A stretch of 64,000 bases of DNA from NCBI GenBank assembly GCA_028718125.1, contig JAQUMN010000016.1:12041-76040 (forward strand), given 5' to 3'. Under the pieces are notes generated by a model that was not told the origin of the DNA, searched no databases, and saw only the letters and a program-made list of their open reading frames with translations. Position numbers and translations under genes: made by a program. Positions within the stretch are counted from its first letter, which is position 1, and every line of letters begins with the position of its first letter. Positions 9,648 through 18,801 of the stretch are shown here, piece after piece. The DNA is from Kiritimatiellia bacterium (GTDB lineage Bacteria > Verrucomicrobiota > Kiritimatiellia > JAAZAB01).

Positions 9648-11275
9648 AAACGAATCGCCACACTATTCAATTCCTAATTTTCCTGGCCTTCGCGGTGCTG
9701 CTCAACGGCCGCTATGCCTGGGAAGGCGCCCGGCAAGGAGCCTCCATGCTGGTCACCGACCAGGTCAATTTTTTGACCATTTGTGCGCGGAACGATTATC
9801 CCGATCGGCTGGATGGCGACATGATTGCAGGCGAGGCGCAGAGCGCGCATTATTATATCCCGGCCTTCGTGGATCTGGTCCGCCTGTGCTCCCAGCCGGA
9901 CCACGACTACCTGCGCGGCTTGAGCCTGCTGCTCTTTTTGACCGGGATGCTTTATATGGCGGGCTGGTATCTGGTCTTCAGGATGCGGGCCGATGGCTTT
10001 ACCGCCGCCGTCCTGGCGTTTTTTGTCCGGGCGGTTTGCCCGCTGCCCGGATGGGAGCTATGGGGCATTGCCGGCCGCTGGACCATGCTGGCACGCACGC
10101 TTGTCCTGGCCCTGGTCCCCTGGATTCTGTGGCTGTGGTTGAAGCGCCGTCCTCAACGGCGTTACTGGTTTGGCGCCTGCCTGTTCAGCGGCCTGGCAAT
10201 TGCTTTCCACCCGCTCAGCGGCCTGTCGTTGGCGGCAGCCATGCTGCTGGCCGAGACTTTTTTTTATTTCTGGCAAAGTCGGCGGATTGGATCCACGCTC
10301 CGCCGATTGTTCCTGGGCGTGCTGGGCGTGGCCTGCGGTCTGCTGCCCTTGCTGATCGTCTGCGGGTTGCCGCCGGTAGGGGCCTATGCCGGAATTGATT
10401 TGGATCGGTTTAACGAAGCGTTGCGCCAGCGATTTCCCCCGGAGCTCCTGCAACCCGCTCTGGCGTTGCGGTTGTGGCTCGATCCGCGGCTCCTGGCGGT
10501 CCTGATATTGCCGTGGATGGCTTATGCGGCTATTCCGCGCGCCGAGAAACTTTCATTGCATGAGATCCATGGCTTGATGGTCCTGTTCCTCGTCGGTTGC
10601 CTGGGCGTGGCGCTGCTGCCGGTCGGGCTGGGGCTGGTGTTGCCGGGCAGCAGCAAGTCGGTTCAATATACGTTTGAAATGATTCGGTCCTTGAAACACA
10701 TGGTGATCCCCGGCGTGGTGGTCGGCGCGTTGGTCTGCGGTTGGGTTGCGGCAAAGCTGACGGCCCGCCGGCGGTATGGCCGGGTGCTGTGGGGCTCGGT
10801 TCTTATCGCGGCCGTTTTGCTGACGCTGGCCGGCCGCCATCCGGCATTCGATCGTGTGCCGGTGCTAGGCAGTTCCACGGTCCGATGCCTGTGGCCCGGT
10901 CTCTGGGAAACCCATGCCATCGAGAAGCGCCATGATCAGAAGCTTGATGGGGTGATGGCCTGGATTGGCAAGCATACCTCCGAGCGCGCCCGCTTTGTCG
11001 GACCGGGCTTGATCCGGGTGGCAGCGTTGCGGAGCGTGGTCCACGATCATAAGGGCGGAAGCATGCTGATCCGGGAAAATCCGGCTGGTTTTGTAGACTG
11101 GGGCCGGCGCGAAACCCGGGCGCGGGAGATCGGGAGCGAAAACGCGATGAAATTGCCGGCGTTGTATCGTTCCTGGGGGGCCGACTATTGGGTGACCGAC
11201 CGCGGCGTGGCCGGTCTCAAGCCCTGCTATCAGGACGATCACTGGTTCATCTACGATGTGGCGCCCCGGCAGTGA
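9644..11275 (+). CDS. polytopic membrane protein with C-terminal periplasmic domain, possible GT-C-like
   Basis: ATGA start/stop overlap with the previous gene. Multiple TM helices and a soluble C-terminal ~130 aa domain. Confidence 0.35.
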   Translation: MKTNRHTIQFLIFLAFAVLLNGRYAWEGARQGASMLVTDQVNFLTICARNDYPDRLDGDMIAGEAQSAHYYIPAFVDLVRLCSQPDHDYLRGLSLLLFLTGMLYMAGWYLVFRMRADGFTAAVLAFFVRAVCPLPGWELWGIAGRWTMLARTLVLALVPWILWLWLKRRPQRRYWFGACLFSGLAIAFHPLSGLSLAAAMLLAETFFYFWQSRRIGSTLRRLFLGVLGVACGLLPLLIVCGLPPVGAYAGIDLDRFNEALRQRFPPELLQPALALRLWLDPRLLAVLILPWMAYAAIPRAEKLSLHEIHGLMVLFLVGCLGVALLPVGLGLVLPGSSKSVQYTFEMIRSLKHMVIPGVVVGALVCGWVAAKLTARRRYGRVLWGSVLIAAVLLTLAGRHPAFDRVPVLGSSTVRCLWPGLWETHAIEKRHDQKLDGVMAWIGKHTSERARFVGPGLIRVAALRSVVHDHKGGSMLIRENPAGFVDWGRRETRAREIGSENAMKLPALYRSWGADYWVTDRGVAGLKPCYQDDHWFIYDVAPRQ

Positions 11276-11373
11276 TTTATCCGTCTGGAACTGCATAACC
11301 TGCATAAGAAACAAGCCTCATGGAATCCTGCCGGGGCGAACAGGTTGGCGTCATCCTTCTCCACGGACGCCGT

Positions 11374-11428
11374 GTGAGGGCACACGGCCTACAGAAAATA
11401 ACCGAAATTGTAGGACCGGTGCCCTCAC
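11374..11428. repeat. long imperfect hairpin (~20-bp stem, 15-nt loop) in intergenic region
   Basis: GTGAGGGCACACGGCCTACA ... TGTAGGACCGGTGCCCTCAC. The arms are near-perfect reverse complements. Confidence 0.6.
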
Positions 11429-11464
11429 CGGGCGTGGGCTGGCCGAGAATAGCGAAGCCCGTGC

Positions 11465-11490
11465 CGTGAAAAGTCTGTCGTGAAAAGTCT
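11465..11490. promoter_or_regulatory. tandem direct repeat CGTGAAAAGTCT x2 upstream of DegT operon (candidate operator)
   Basis: Exact 12-nt unit repeated with a 14-nt period, about 135 bp upstream of ATG 11624. Confidence 0.35.
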
Positions 11491-11623
11491 TGCTATCCCG
11501 CCCGGCGCCGGTTATGATTGCAAACATTAGGGTGGTGGAGTTTGGATAACTGCTGGCCGGCATGGCGGGTGAGCGTCAAGAGTGCGACAGCGTTGACCAT
11601 GAATACAGCGACGGAGGGTAGCC

Positions 11624-12739
11624 ATGATCCAGATTTTTTCTAATTCAATGGGATCGGAAGAACTCGCGGCCGTCCAGGCGGTCTTTAATTCCAAGTGGTT
11701 GGGGTTTGGCAAGGAGACGCAGCAGTTTCAGGAGGAATTGGGAGCTAAAATCGGCAGCTTCCGCACACTATGCGTAAATTCCGCCACCTCGGCCTGTTTT
11801 ATGGCCATGCGGATACTGGATATCGGGCCGGGCGATGAGGTCATTATTGCGTCGGTCAATTTCGTCGGGTGTGCCAACGCGATCATCGATCGCGGGGCGA
11901 TCCCCGTTTTTGCGGATGTCGATTCCCGGTACCTGAATATGGCGCCGGCTGAAATCAGCCGGCTTCGGACCAAGCGCACCAAGGCCATCCTGCTGTTGCA
12001 CTACGGCGGGCATCCCGCCGACATGGATGCCATCTGGCGCGAAGCAGGGGATCTGCCGATCATCGAGGACAGTTGTTGCGCGCCTTTTTCAACATACAAG
12101 GGCCGAAATTGCGGCACGCTGGGGGACATCGGCTTTTTCAGTTTCGATCCGATGAAAATTCTCGTTGTGGGTGACGGCGGCGCCATCATTCTAAAGAACG
12201 ATGTCCTGCTGAATCGCGCCAAGGAGATCCGCTACATGGGCGTCGCCAACCGCCAGTCCGGGATCGACGGCCTCAAGACCGGCACCCAGCGCTGGTGGGA
12301 GATCGAGCTGAATACAATTTCCGGCCGCTTCGTGCCGAACGATATCACCTCCGCGATCGGCCGGGTGCAGCTGCGCAGGGTGGACGGGTTTATCGCGCGC
12401 CGCAAGGAGATCTGGGATTTTTATCAACGCGAGCTGGCAGGCTGCCGCGGGCTGAGCTGTCCCCCGGAACCGCTGCCCGGCACCACGAGTTCCTATTACC
12501 TCTACTGGCTGACGGTGCCGGAGCGGCGCGATGCCCTGGCCGCCTGGCTCACGTCGAAGGGGATCTATTGCACGTTCCGGTACTTTCCCCTCCATCTCAT
12601 CAAGCATTACGGGAGCCGTCAGCGTTTGCCGAACAGCGAGTCGGCCAACGAGACGACCTTGAATATTCCGCTCCATCAGAACCTGCAACAAAACGAGATC
12701 GAGTCCATCGTTCGCGCCGTTCGGGAGTTTTTCGGTTAA
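11624..12739 (+). CDS. DegT/DnrJ/EryC1/StrS-family PLP-dependent sugar aminotransferase (ArnB-like)
   Basis: RBS GGAGGG. Family motifs include the PLP-Lys region SFDPMKIL, and the overall fold-type-I AAT pattern. Confidence 0.8.
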   Translation: MIQIFSNSMGSEELAAVQAVFNSKWLGFGKETQQFQEELGAKIGSFRTLCVNSATSACFMAMRILDIGPGDEVIIASVNFVGCANAIIDRGAIPVFADVDSRYLNMAPAEISRLRTKRTKAILLLHYGGHPADMDAIWREAGDLPIIEDSCCAPFSTYKGRNCGTLGDIGFFSFDPMKILVVGDGGAIILKNDVLLNRAKEIRYMGVANRQSGIDGLKTGTQRWWEIELNTISGRFVPNDITSAIGRVQLRRVDGFIARRKEIWDFYQRELAGCRGLSCPPEPLPGTTSSYYLYWLTVPERRDALAAWLTSKGIYCTFRYFPLHLIKHYGSRQRLPNSESANETTLNIPLHQNLQQNEIESIVRAVREFFG

Positions 12740-12754
12740 GCAAGGAAGCCGCAC

Positions 12755-14050
12755 ATGCTGGTTGATTTAATCAGGGTTCCAGATCCCCGCTGTATCGATG
12801 ACCTGCTGGATGAGCCGCTCGGCCTGATGTATCTGGCTGCCAGTGTCAGGGAGGCCGGCCACCAGGTGCGGATCACCAATCTGGCCGGGTGTACGGACGC
12901 CAACTGGCAGGAGCGCTTGGCTGAGGCTGACGTCTACGGCATCCAGCTCTATACGCCCACGGTGTTCCTGGGAATCAAGATTGCCGAGTATCTGCGCACG
13001 CGCTTCCCGCGCGCCAAACGGCTATGCGGCGGCGCCCATCCCTCGGCCCTGCCCGATGCGCCGGAACTGGCGGTGTTCGATGCGATTGTGGCGGGCGAGG
13101 GCGAAACCGCCATCGTGGAAATCGTCAACCGCTGGCAGCAGGGCGCCCCGGTCCCGCGGGTGTGGCGCAGTCCTCTGATCAAGAATCTTGACAGCCTGCC
13201 CCTGCCGGCCCGCGATCTGGTGGATATGAACCTGTTTCATCGCAAGGTGGATGGCGCGCGCTGCTTCGGCATCCTCGCCTCGCGGGGGTGCGTTTACAAG
13301 TGCGCTTTCTGCGACCAGTCCGTCTTCGGCCACCGCGTGCGATTCCGTTCGCTCGACAACCTCATGCAGGAAATCAACGGCATTATCGCCGCCTACGGGA
13401 TCCGGCACTTTGAATTCTTTGACGACATGTTTGCCGACAACCACAAACTGGTGACGGCGTTTCGAGAACGCATGGCGGGAGGAGGCATCATCTATCGCTG
13501 CAACGGGCGCACGGACCGGGCCGATCTGGATAACTATCGCGTGCTGTATGATTCCGGCTGCCGGGTAATCTGTTACGGCATCGAGTCGGGCTCGCAATAC
13601 ATGCTGGATCGCATGAATAAGCACAATACCGTGGCCAACGCGCGCCGGGCCATCGATATGGCGCATGAAGCCGGTATGTTGGTCAACGGATACTTTATCA
13701 TCGGATTTCCGGGAGAAACGGCGGAGACGATCGAGGCCACCATGGAGTTTATCCGCACCACCGGCATTGACCAGGCGCAGGGGTATACTTTTGTGCCTCT
13801 GCCGGGGTGCGATGTGTCGCGCAACCCCGAGAAATACGGCATTATTTCGATGTCCAAGGATTACTCGGAATACTACCTGATTTTCGGGACCGAGGGGATG
13901 GGAGGGCGGACCATCTCGACCAAATACCTTTCGGCCGAACAGCTCGAGGCCCAGGTCCGCCGGTTCCGGCAGTTTCTGAAGGAACGTCCGACGCGCGGCA
14001 AGGTCCAGGACTATTATTCCCGCGTCTTACATTACAATATCAAACCTTGA
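12755..14050 (+). CDS. cobalamin (B12)-binding radical SAM enzyme
   Basis: N-terminal B12-binding-like Rossmann region followed by CVYKCAFC (CxxxCxxC). RBS AAGGAAG. Confidence 0.75.
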   Translation: MLVDLIRVPDPRCIDDLLDEPLGLMYLAASVREAGHQVRITNLAGCTDANWQERLAEADVYGIQLYTPTVFLGIKIAEYLRTRFPRAKRLCGGAHPSALPDAPELAVFDAIVAGEGETAIVEIVNRWQQGAPVPRVWRSPLIKNLDSLPLPARDLVDMNLFHRKVDGARCFGILASRGCVYKCAFCDQSVFGHRVRFRSLDNLMQEINGIIAAYGIRHFEFFDDMFADNHKLVTAFRERMAGGGIIYRCNGRTDRADLDNYRVLYDSGCRVICYGIESGSQYMLDRMNKHNTVANARRAIDMAHEAGMLVNGYFIIGFPGETAETIEATMEFIRTTGIDQAQGYTFVPLPGCDVSRNPEKYGIISMSKDYSEYYLIFGTEGMGGRTISTKYLSAEQLEAQVRRFRQFLKERPTRGKVQDYYSRVLHYNIKP

Positions 14051-14097
14051 GGCGGGCATAGGCGCCGCCGGCCTGAATGCTAAGGAGTTTAAATCCG

Positions 14098-14168
14098 GGT
14101 AGCCGCGCCCGTGAGGGCGTGGATTCTTCCGGGCGGCCACGGCGTCACCGCCGCGGCTACGTGAAACA
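14098..14168. repeat. ~70-nt palindromic intergenic repeat element, copy 1
   Basis: About 85% identical to 47889..47957. The ends form an inverted repeat (GTAGCCGCGCCCGTGA ... TCACCGCCGCGGCTAC). Confidence 0.6.
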
Positions 14169-14233
14169 AGATTTCAGCGGCCGCCTTTGGCCTAATTAAT
14201 TTGCTGCCATGATTTCCAGAGAGAGGGAATCCC

Positions 14234-15013
14234 ATGAGCGTCCGCGTTCCTGATAAGAAAATCATTGCCGTCATTATCGCTTATAATGCGGAACGGACGA
14301 TCCGGCAGACCTACGACGATATCCCCAAGGACTGGGTGGATGAAATCCTGATCGGCGATGACTGCAGCCAGGATGAGACTTTCAAGGTGGCCAGCACGCT
14401 GCAGGGCGTCAAGGCCATCCGTCACGCCAAAAATCAGCACATGGGCGGCAACCAGACCATCCTGTATGATCGCGCCCTGGAAATGGGCGCGGATATCGTC
14501 GTCCTCCTGCACGGCGACAACCAGTTTGACCCGCACAAGCTCCCGGATATGGTCCGCCCGATTGTCGCCGGCGAGGCCGACGCTGTCCTGGGCTCCCGGA
14601 TTCTGGGGCAGTTGACCAAGGAGGGCGGAATGCCGCTCTGGAAATTTTTCGGCAACAACCTGCTCAATTTCATCCAGAACTGCGCGTTCCGCTTGCAGCT
14701 CACGGACTACGCCACGGGCTACAAAGCCTACAGCCGCAAGGTGCTGGAGACGATTCCCTATCACCGGAACCGGCGCGATTTCATTTTTGACGAGGAATTC
14801 AACGCGCAGATTGTGCATTTCGGCTTCCGCCTGGCCCAGGTGCCGATTCCCACGAAATACTTCGACGAGGCGTCCACCGTCAATTTCCGGCAGAGCGTGC
14901 ATTACGGCATTTTTACGGTGTGGACGGTACTCAAGTATCGCCTGTTCCTCTGGGGGTTGATGAAACCGGCGTTCCTGCTGCCCAAGGACGGCCAGGCGGC
15001 CGCTCCGCGGTGA
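14234..15013 (+). CDS. GT2 glycosyltransferase, DPM-synthase / ArnC-like (polyprenyl-phosphate sugar synthase-like)
   Basis: VIIAYNAERTI ... IGDDCSQDET is a GT-A DxD-type signature. About 259 aa with a C-terminal amphipathic/TM segment, as in ArnC/Dpm1. Confidence 0.7.
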   Translation: MSVRVPDKKIIAVIIAYNAERTIRQTYDDIPKDWVDEILIGDDCSQDETFKVASTLQGVKAIRHAKNQHMGGNQTILYDRALEMGADIVVLLHGDNQFDPHKLPDMVRPIVAGEADAVLGSRILGQLTKEGGMPLWKFFGNNLLNFIQNCAFRLQLTDYATGYKAYSRKVLETIPYHRNRRDFIFDEEFNAQIVHFGFRLAQVPIPTKYFDEASTVNFRQSVHYGIFTVWTVLKYRLFLWGLMKPAFLLPKDGQAAAPR

Positions 15014-15035
15014 GCGTTGGAGGTGCAGGGTCGCT

Positions 15036-16484
15036 ATGATTATTTCGGCGCCATTTTTCCGGAATTCAGTCTTCGTGCTGGTTGCCCGGCTGACCGAACT
15101 CCTGGCCGGGATTCTCGCGGTCGGATGGGTAACCCGGTACCTGGGCGCCGAGCGCTTTGGCGAATATTCCTTTGTCTGGGCCACGGCCACCGCCCTGGCG
15201 CCGCTGGTGGCGCTGGGCTGCGGGCGAATTCTTATCCGGGACCTTGCGGTGGATGCGGCGCGTACGGGCACGCTGGTGGCCTCCGCGTTGCTGTTGAACG
15301 GAGCCCTGGCGCTGCTGGCCCTGGGCGTCATGTGGGGGATAGTCGGGATCATGCTGCCTTCGCCGCTAGCTCTGCTCGCGGCCACCCTGGCAATCGCGGC
15401 CCAGTCGCTTCTGGTCATGCAGCAAACGGTATCGGCGGTGTTCATTGCCCGCGAGCGCATGATCTATGATCCCTTAATCGTAATCGTCACCCGTGTTCTG
15501 CTGCTGGCGCTTTTGCTGGCCATTATGGCGGCGCACCTGTCGTATCCCTTCCTGTTCCTGGCTAATGGCGTGGCCGGGCTCATCGGTCTGGCCCTGGCGT
15601 CCGGGATCCTGATGCGGCGCTTTGCCCGGCCGGTCTGGGGTGTCCGGCGCGCGGAGCTGGCCTATCTGGCTGCCCAATCGGCGCCGGTGGCGGGTTATAA
15701 TTTTCTGGGCCAGAGCTTCGCTTTCGCCGGCGTCCTGCTCCTGACGCAATTTCAGACGCTGGAACAGGTCTCGTTCTTCCAGGCGCCGCAACGGGTGATC
15801 GCTCCGCTGATGATCCTGCCGATGTCCCTGCTCTTTGCCTTCACGCCGGCCATTGCCCGGCTGGGGGCGGATGCCGGACAGGGCGCTGCCCTGCGGGCGT
15901 TCTATGCGCTGGCGTTGCGGCTGATCCTTGTCGTGGTTTTGCCGGTTTGCCTGCTCATGAGTTGGCTGGCCCCGCAACTGGTGCGCGGGTTGTTTGGGGC
16001 GGACTTCGCCGGCGCCGCACGGTCGTTCGGCATTCTTGGCTGGTCCATTGCGGGCTTTGCGCTGAGCGCCCTCCTGAACACGATCCTGACGTCGCTCAAG
16101 AAACAGAATGGCCTCATCATTACGCACCTGGCGGCCCTGGGGGTCAACCTGGCGATCGGACCATGGCTGGTTATGCGCTACGGCAGCGCGGGGGCCAGCG
16201 CGGCCTTCCTGGTGTCGTTCACTTGCCTTTTTCTGTTCAATCATTACTATCTCGCTGCCCAGATTGGTTCCCTGCCGTTGTGGAGCGCCGTGTGGCGGCC
16301 TTGCCTGGCGACCCTGGGGGCCGGCGGCCTGTGGTGGCTTGGTGCGGACCGCGTGGCGCCGATAGCGCTGATTATTGTGGCAGGCCTGGTCTACGCCGGA
16401 CTGGCCTTGGCCCTGCGCGCCGTCAGCGTGGACGACATCAATCAACTGGTCAATCGCCGCGCGCCGGGCTCCGCGTGTTCTTAA
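15036..16484 (+). CDS. Wzx-like oligosaccharide flippase (MOP/PST superfamily)
   Basis: About 14 TM helices with PST-family architecture. RBS GGAGG. Confidence 0.7.
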   Translation: MIISAPFFRNSVFVLVARLTELLAGILAVGWVTRYLGAERFGEYSFVWATATALAPLVALGCGRILIRDLAVDAARTGTLVASALLLNGALALLALGVMWGIVGIMLPSPLALLAATLAIAAQSLLVMQQTVSAVFIARERMIYDPLIVIVTRVLLLALLLAIMAAHLSYPFLFLANGVAGLIGLALASGILMRRFARPVWGVRRAELAYLAAQSAPVAGYNFLGQSFAFAGVLLLTQFQTLEQVSFFQAPQRVIAPLMILPMSLLFAFTPAIARLGADAGQGAALRAFYALALRLILVVVLPVCLLMSWLAPQLVRGLFGADFAGAARSFGILGWSIAGFALSALLNTILTSLKKQNGLIITHLAALGVNLAIGPWLVMRYGSAGASAAFLVSFTCLFLFNHYYLAAQIGSLPLWSAVWRPCLATLGAGGLWWLGADRVAPIALIIVAGLVYAGLALALRAVSVDDINQLVNRRAPGSACS

Positions 16485-16509
16485 ACGTTCTTAACTCAGG
16501 TCATCAGCC

Positions 16510-17424
16510 ATGATTGCACACCGCAACATAATTAAGGATTTTGGGCGGGTTCTTTTCTGGTACCCGCTCCGATGGATCGTGCTCATTTTGCCTTTCGGGC
16601 TGGTCTACCGGCTGTGCGGGTTGCTTGGGCGGCTGGAATACGCGCTCTCGGGCCGCCGGCAAACCGACCGGATGCGGCAGAATATCGAGCGGGCTTTCGG
16701 TTGCAGCCCCACCAAGGCGGACGCCATTCTCCGGCGCAACGTGGAGAACCACGCCATGAACATGATGGAGTTTCTGAAGTATCCTCAGGTCAATCCGCGC
16801 AACTGCAGCAGCCTGGTCGTGTGGGAGGGCCGTGAACATCTGGACGCCGCCCTGACAAAGGGCCGCGGCGTTGTCCTATGCACCGCGCATTTCGGGGCCA
16901 AACAAATACTGCAGGTGGCGCTGGGCCATGCCGGCTACCGCGTCAACCAGATCAACTACCATCTGGAGGGCGATCGCCTGTCTTTCGTCCAGAAGAATGT
17001 GGCGCAGCGGAACCGCATGCGGATCGAGGCGCGGATTCCCTGCCGGTTCATCTCCGCCGGCAGGTTCCTGCGCGCCGCGTTCAGGTGCCTGCATGCCAAC
17101 GAGATCCTGATCGTCGCGGCCGACGGCGCGGGCCGGAAGGAAAACATGGACGACTCCTTCCATCCGTTTCCTTTCTTGGGCCGGACCATGCTCTTTCCGA
17201 CGAACTATGTCGAACTTGCCCGGCGCACCGGCGCGGTGCTCGCGCCGGTTTTTGCGATACGGGAACAAGCGCATCACCGGATTGTGTTTTTTCCGCCGCT
17301 GGATACGGAGACCGGGGATCCTGTCCGGCAGTATATAGCGCTGCTGGAGCGCCATGTCCGTCAGTATCCCCATCTCTGGGAGTTTTGGGAAGAATTCGAA
17401 GAGGGAGAATTGCTGGTAAATTGA
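16510..17424 (+). CDS. lipid A biosynthesis lauroyl/myristoyl acyltransferase-like (LpxL/HtrB family)
   Basis: N-terminal TM anchor, LPLAT family pattern (CTAHFG HxxxxD-like box), length about 304 aa. Confidence 0.6.
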   Translation: MIAHRNIIKDFGRVLFWYPLRWIVLILPFGLVYRLCGLLGRLEYALSGRRQTDRMRQNIERAFGCSPTKADAILRRNVENHAMNMMEFLKYPQVNPRNCSSLVVWEGREHLDAALTKGRGVVLCTAHFGAKQILQVALGHAGYRVNQINYHLEGDRLSFVQKNVAQRNRMRIEARIPCRFISAGRFLRAAFRCLHANEILIVAADGAGRKENMDDSFHPFPFLGRTMLFPTNYVELARRTGAVLAPVFAIREQAHHRIVFFPPLDTETGDPVRQYIALLERHVRQYPHLWEFWEEFEEGELLVN

Positions 17425-17610
17425 TCAGGGGAATTTTCCGCCAGAGGCGGATCCGCCTACGGCGGACAATCCGTAGCGGTTCTAACCTGCCCGCAGTGCT
17501 ACGCACAGCGTTGCAGGCGGGCCATCATCCGGTGTAGAGGCCGTTCGATAGAACGGCAAAGTCGCCCCACTTCGGGGCCTAATGGTCATAATAAGACGGT
17601 TCTTCAGGCT

Positions 17611-18765
17611 ATGTACAAGATCGTGAACAAGCGGAAATTATGGGCAACGCGCATGGCCGACGGGCTGGGCAAATTGTTTTTTCTGCCGCGGCGCCTGTTT
17701 TTCAAAAGCGAGCCGATTGATCCCGGAAAGGTGCGCAGCATCCTCGTCATCCGCACCGCCTATCTCGGCGATGTGATGATGACGTTGCCGATGCTCAAGC
17801 CTCTGCGGCAGCGGTTCCCTGATGCCACACTTTCTTTTCTCACCTCGGCGGCGGCCGGGCCATTGCTGGAAAACAATCCCGATGTGGATGAAATCATCAC
17901 CTACGACCCGTTCTGGTTTTATCCGTCAAAACCGTGTGATTACGGGGCGTTTATCCGGAGTATGCGCAAGCGGCGCTTCGATCTGGTAATCGAGGCGCGC
18001 GGCGATCTCCGCGAGATCCTGGCCCTGGTTGCGCCGCTCCGGGCAAGGTACAAAGTCAGCTACGGCGTGGGAGGCGGGGGATACCTGCTCACGCATGTTG
18101 TCCCTTATCCGGGGCTGAAGCACAAGGTCGAATACCATCTCGATATCGTCCGCTATCTCGGTTGCGATGTCGGCAAGGAAGTCGAATGGAAACTGAGGCT
18201 GGCGGATGCGGAGCGGGCCGTCGGGCGTCGGCTTCTGGAAACAGCCGGGGTAAAACGTCCCTTTGTCTGTGTTCACCCCGGGGGACGGCTCCCGCTCAAA
18301 CGCTGGGGCGCGAACAAGTTCGCGGCGTTGGGCGACAGGATCGAGCATGATCTTGGCCTTGGGGTTGTCCTGCTCGGCTCGCAGGACGAACAGGAGCTGG
18401 CCGCCCGTGTCAGTGCCGGCATGAACACACGTCAGTGTTGCCTGGCCGGACAACTAAATTTACGGGAAATGGCCGGGGTATTGGCGGAGGCCGCGTTGTT
18501 CATCGGCAACGACAGCGGCCCAATGCATATTGCGACCGCGATGGGCACGCCGACGGTGGCGATTTTCGGTCCATCCAAGTCGGTTGAGACCCGTCCCTAC
18601 GGCGACGCGCACCAGATAGTGGAAAAATCCTTCACCTGTCGGGCCGAATGCGACGAGAGCCACTGCCGCAACAGCGAACGCCAGGCGTGCCTGAAATCCA
18701 TTACGCCGGAAGATGTTCTCAACGCTGCCAGGAGCATCCTCCGCAAGCCCGGAAAAACATCCTGA
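17611..18765 (+). CDS. GT9 family ADP-heptose:LPS heptosyltransferase-like
   Basis: ILVIRTAYLGDVMMTLP is typical of the RfaC/RfaF-type N-terminus; GPMHIATAMGTPTVAIFGP is the C-terminal motif. Confidence 0.75.
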   Translation: MYKIVNKRKLWATRMADGLGKLFFLPRRLFFKSEPIDPGKVRSILVIRTAYLGDVMMTLPMLKPLRQRFPDATLSFLTSAAAGPLLENNPDVDEIITYDPFWFYPSKPCDYGAFIRSMRKRRFDLVIEARGDLREILALVAPLRARYKVSYGVGGGGYLLTHVVPYPGLKHKVEYHLDIVRYLGCDVGKEVEWKLRLADAERAVGRRLLETAGVKRPFVCVHPGGRLPLKRWGANKFAALGDRIEHDLGLGVVLLGSQDEQELAARVSAGMNTRQCCLAGQLNLREMAGVLAEAALFIGNDSGPMHIATAMGTPTVAIFGPSKSVETRPYGDAHQIVEKSFTCRAECDESHCRNSERQACLKSITPEDVLNAARSILRKPGKTS

Positions 18766-18801
18766 TTGTATCGAGTATGGCTGCCGATTTTGATTTTCAG
18801 G

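Noticed and set aside
17443-17460. GGCGGATCCGCC palindrome recurring at 17446 and 21519 as a possible repeat family or restriction-site cluster
   Set aside because: There are only two short GC-rich occurrences in a high-GC genome, which is consistent with chance or local terminators.
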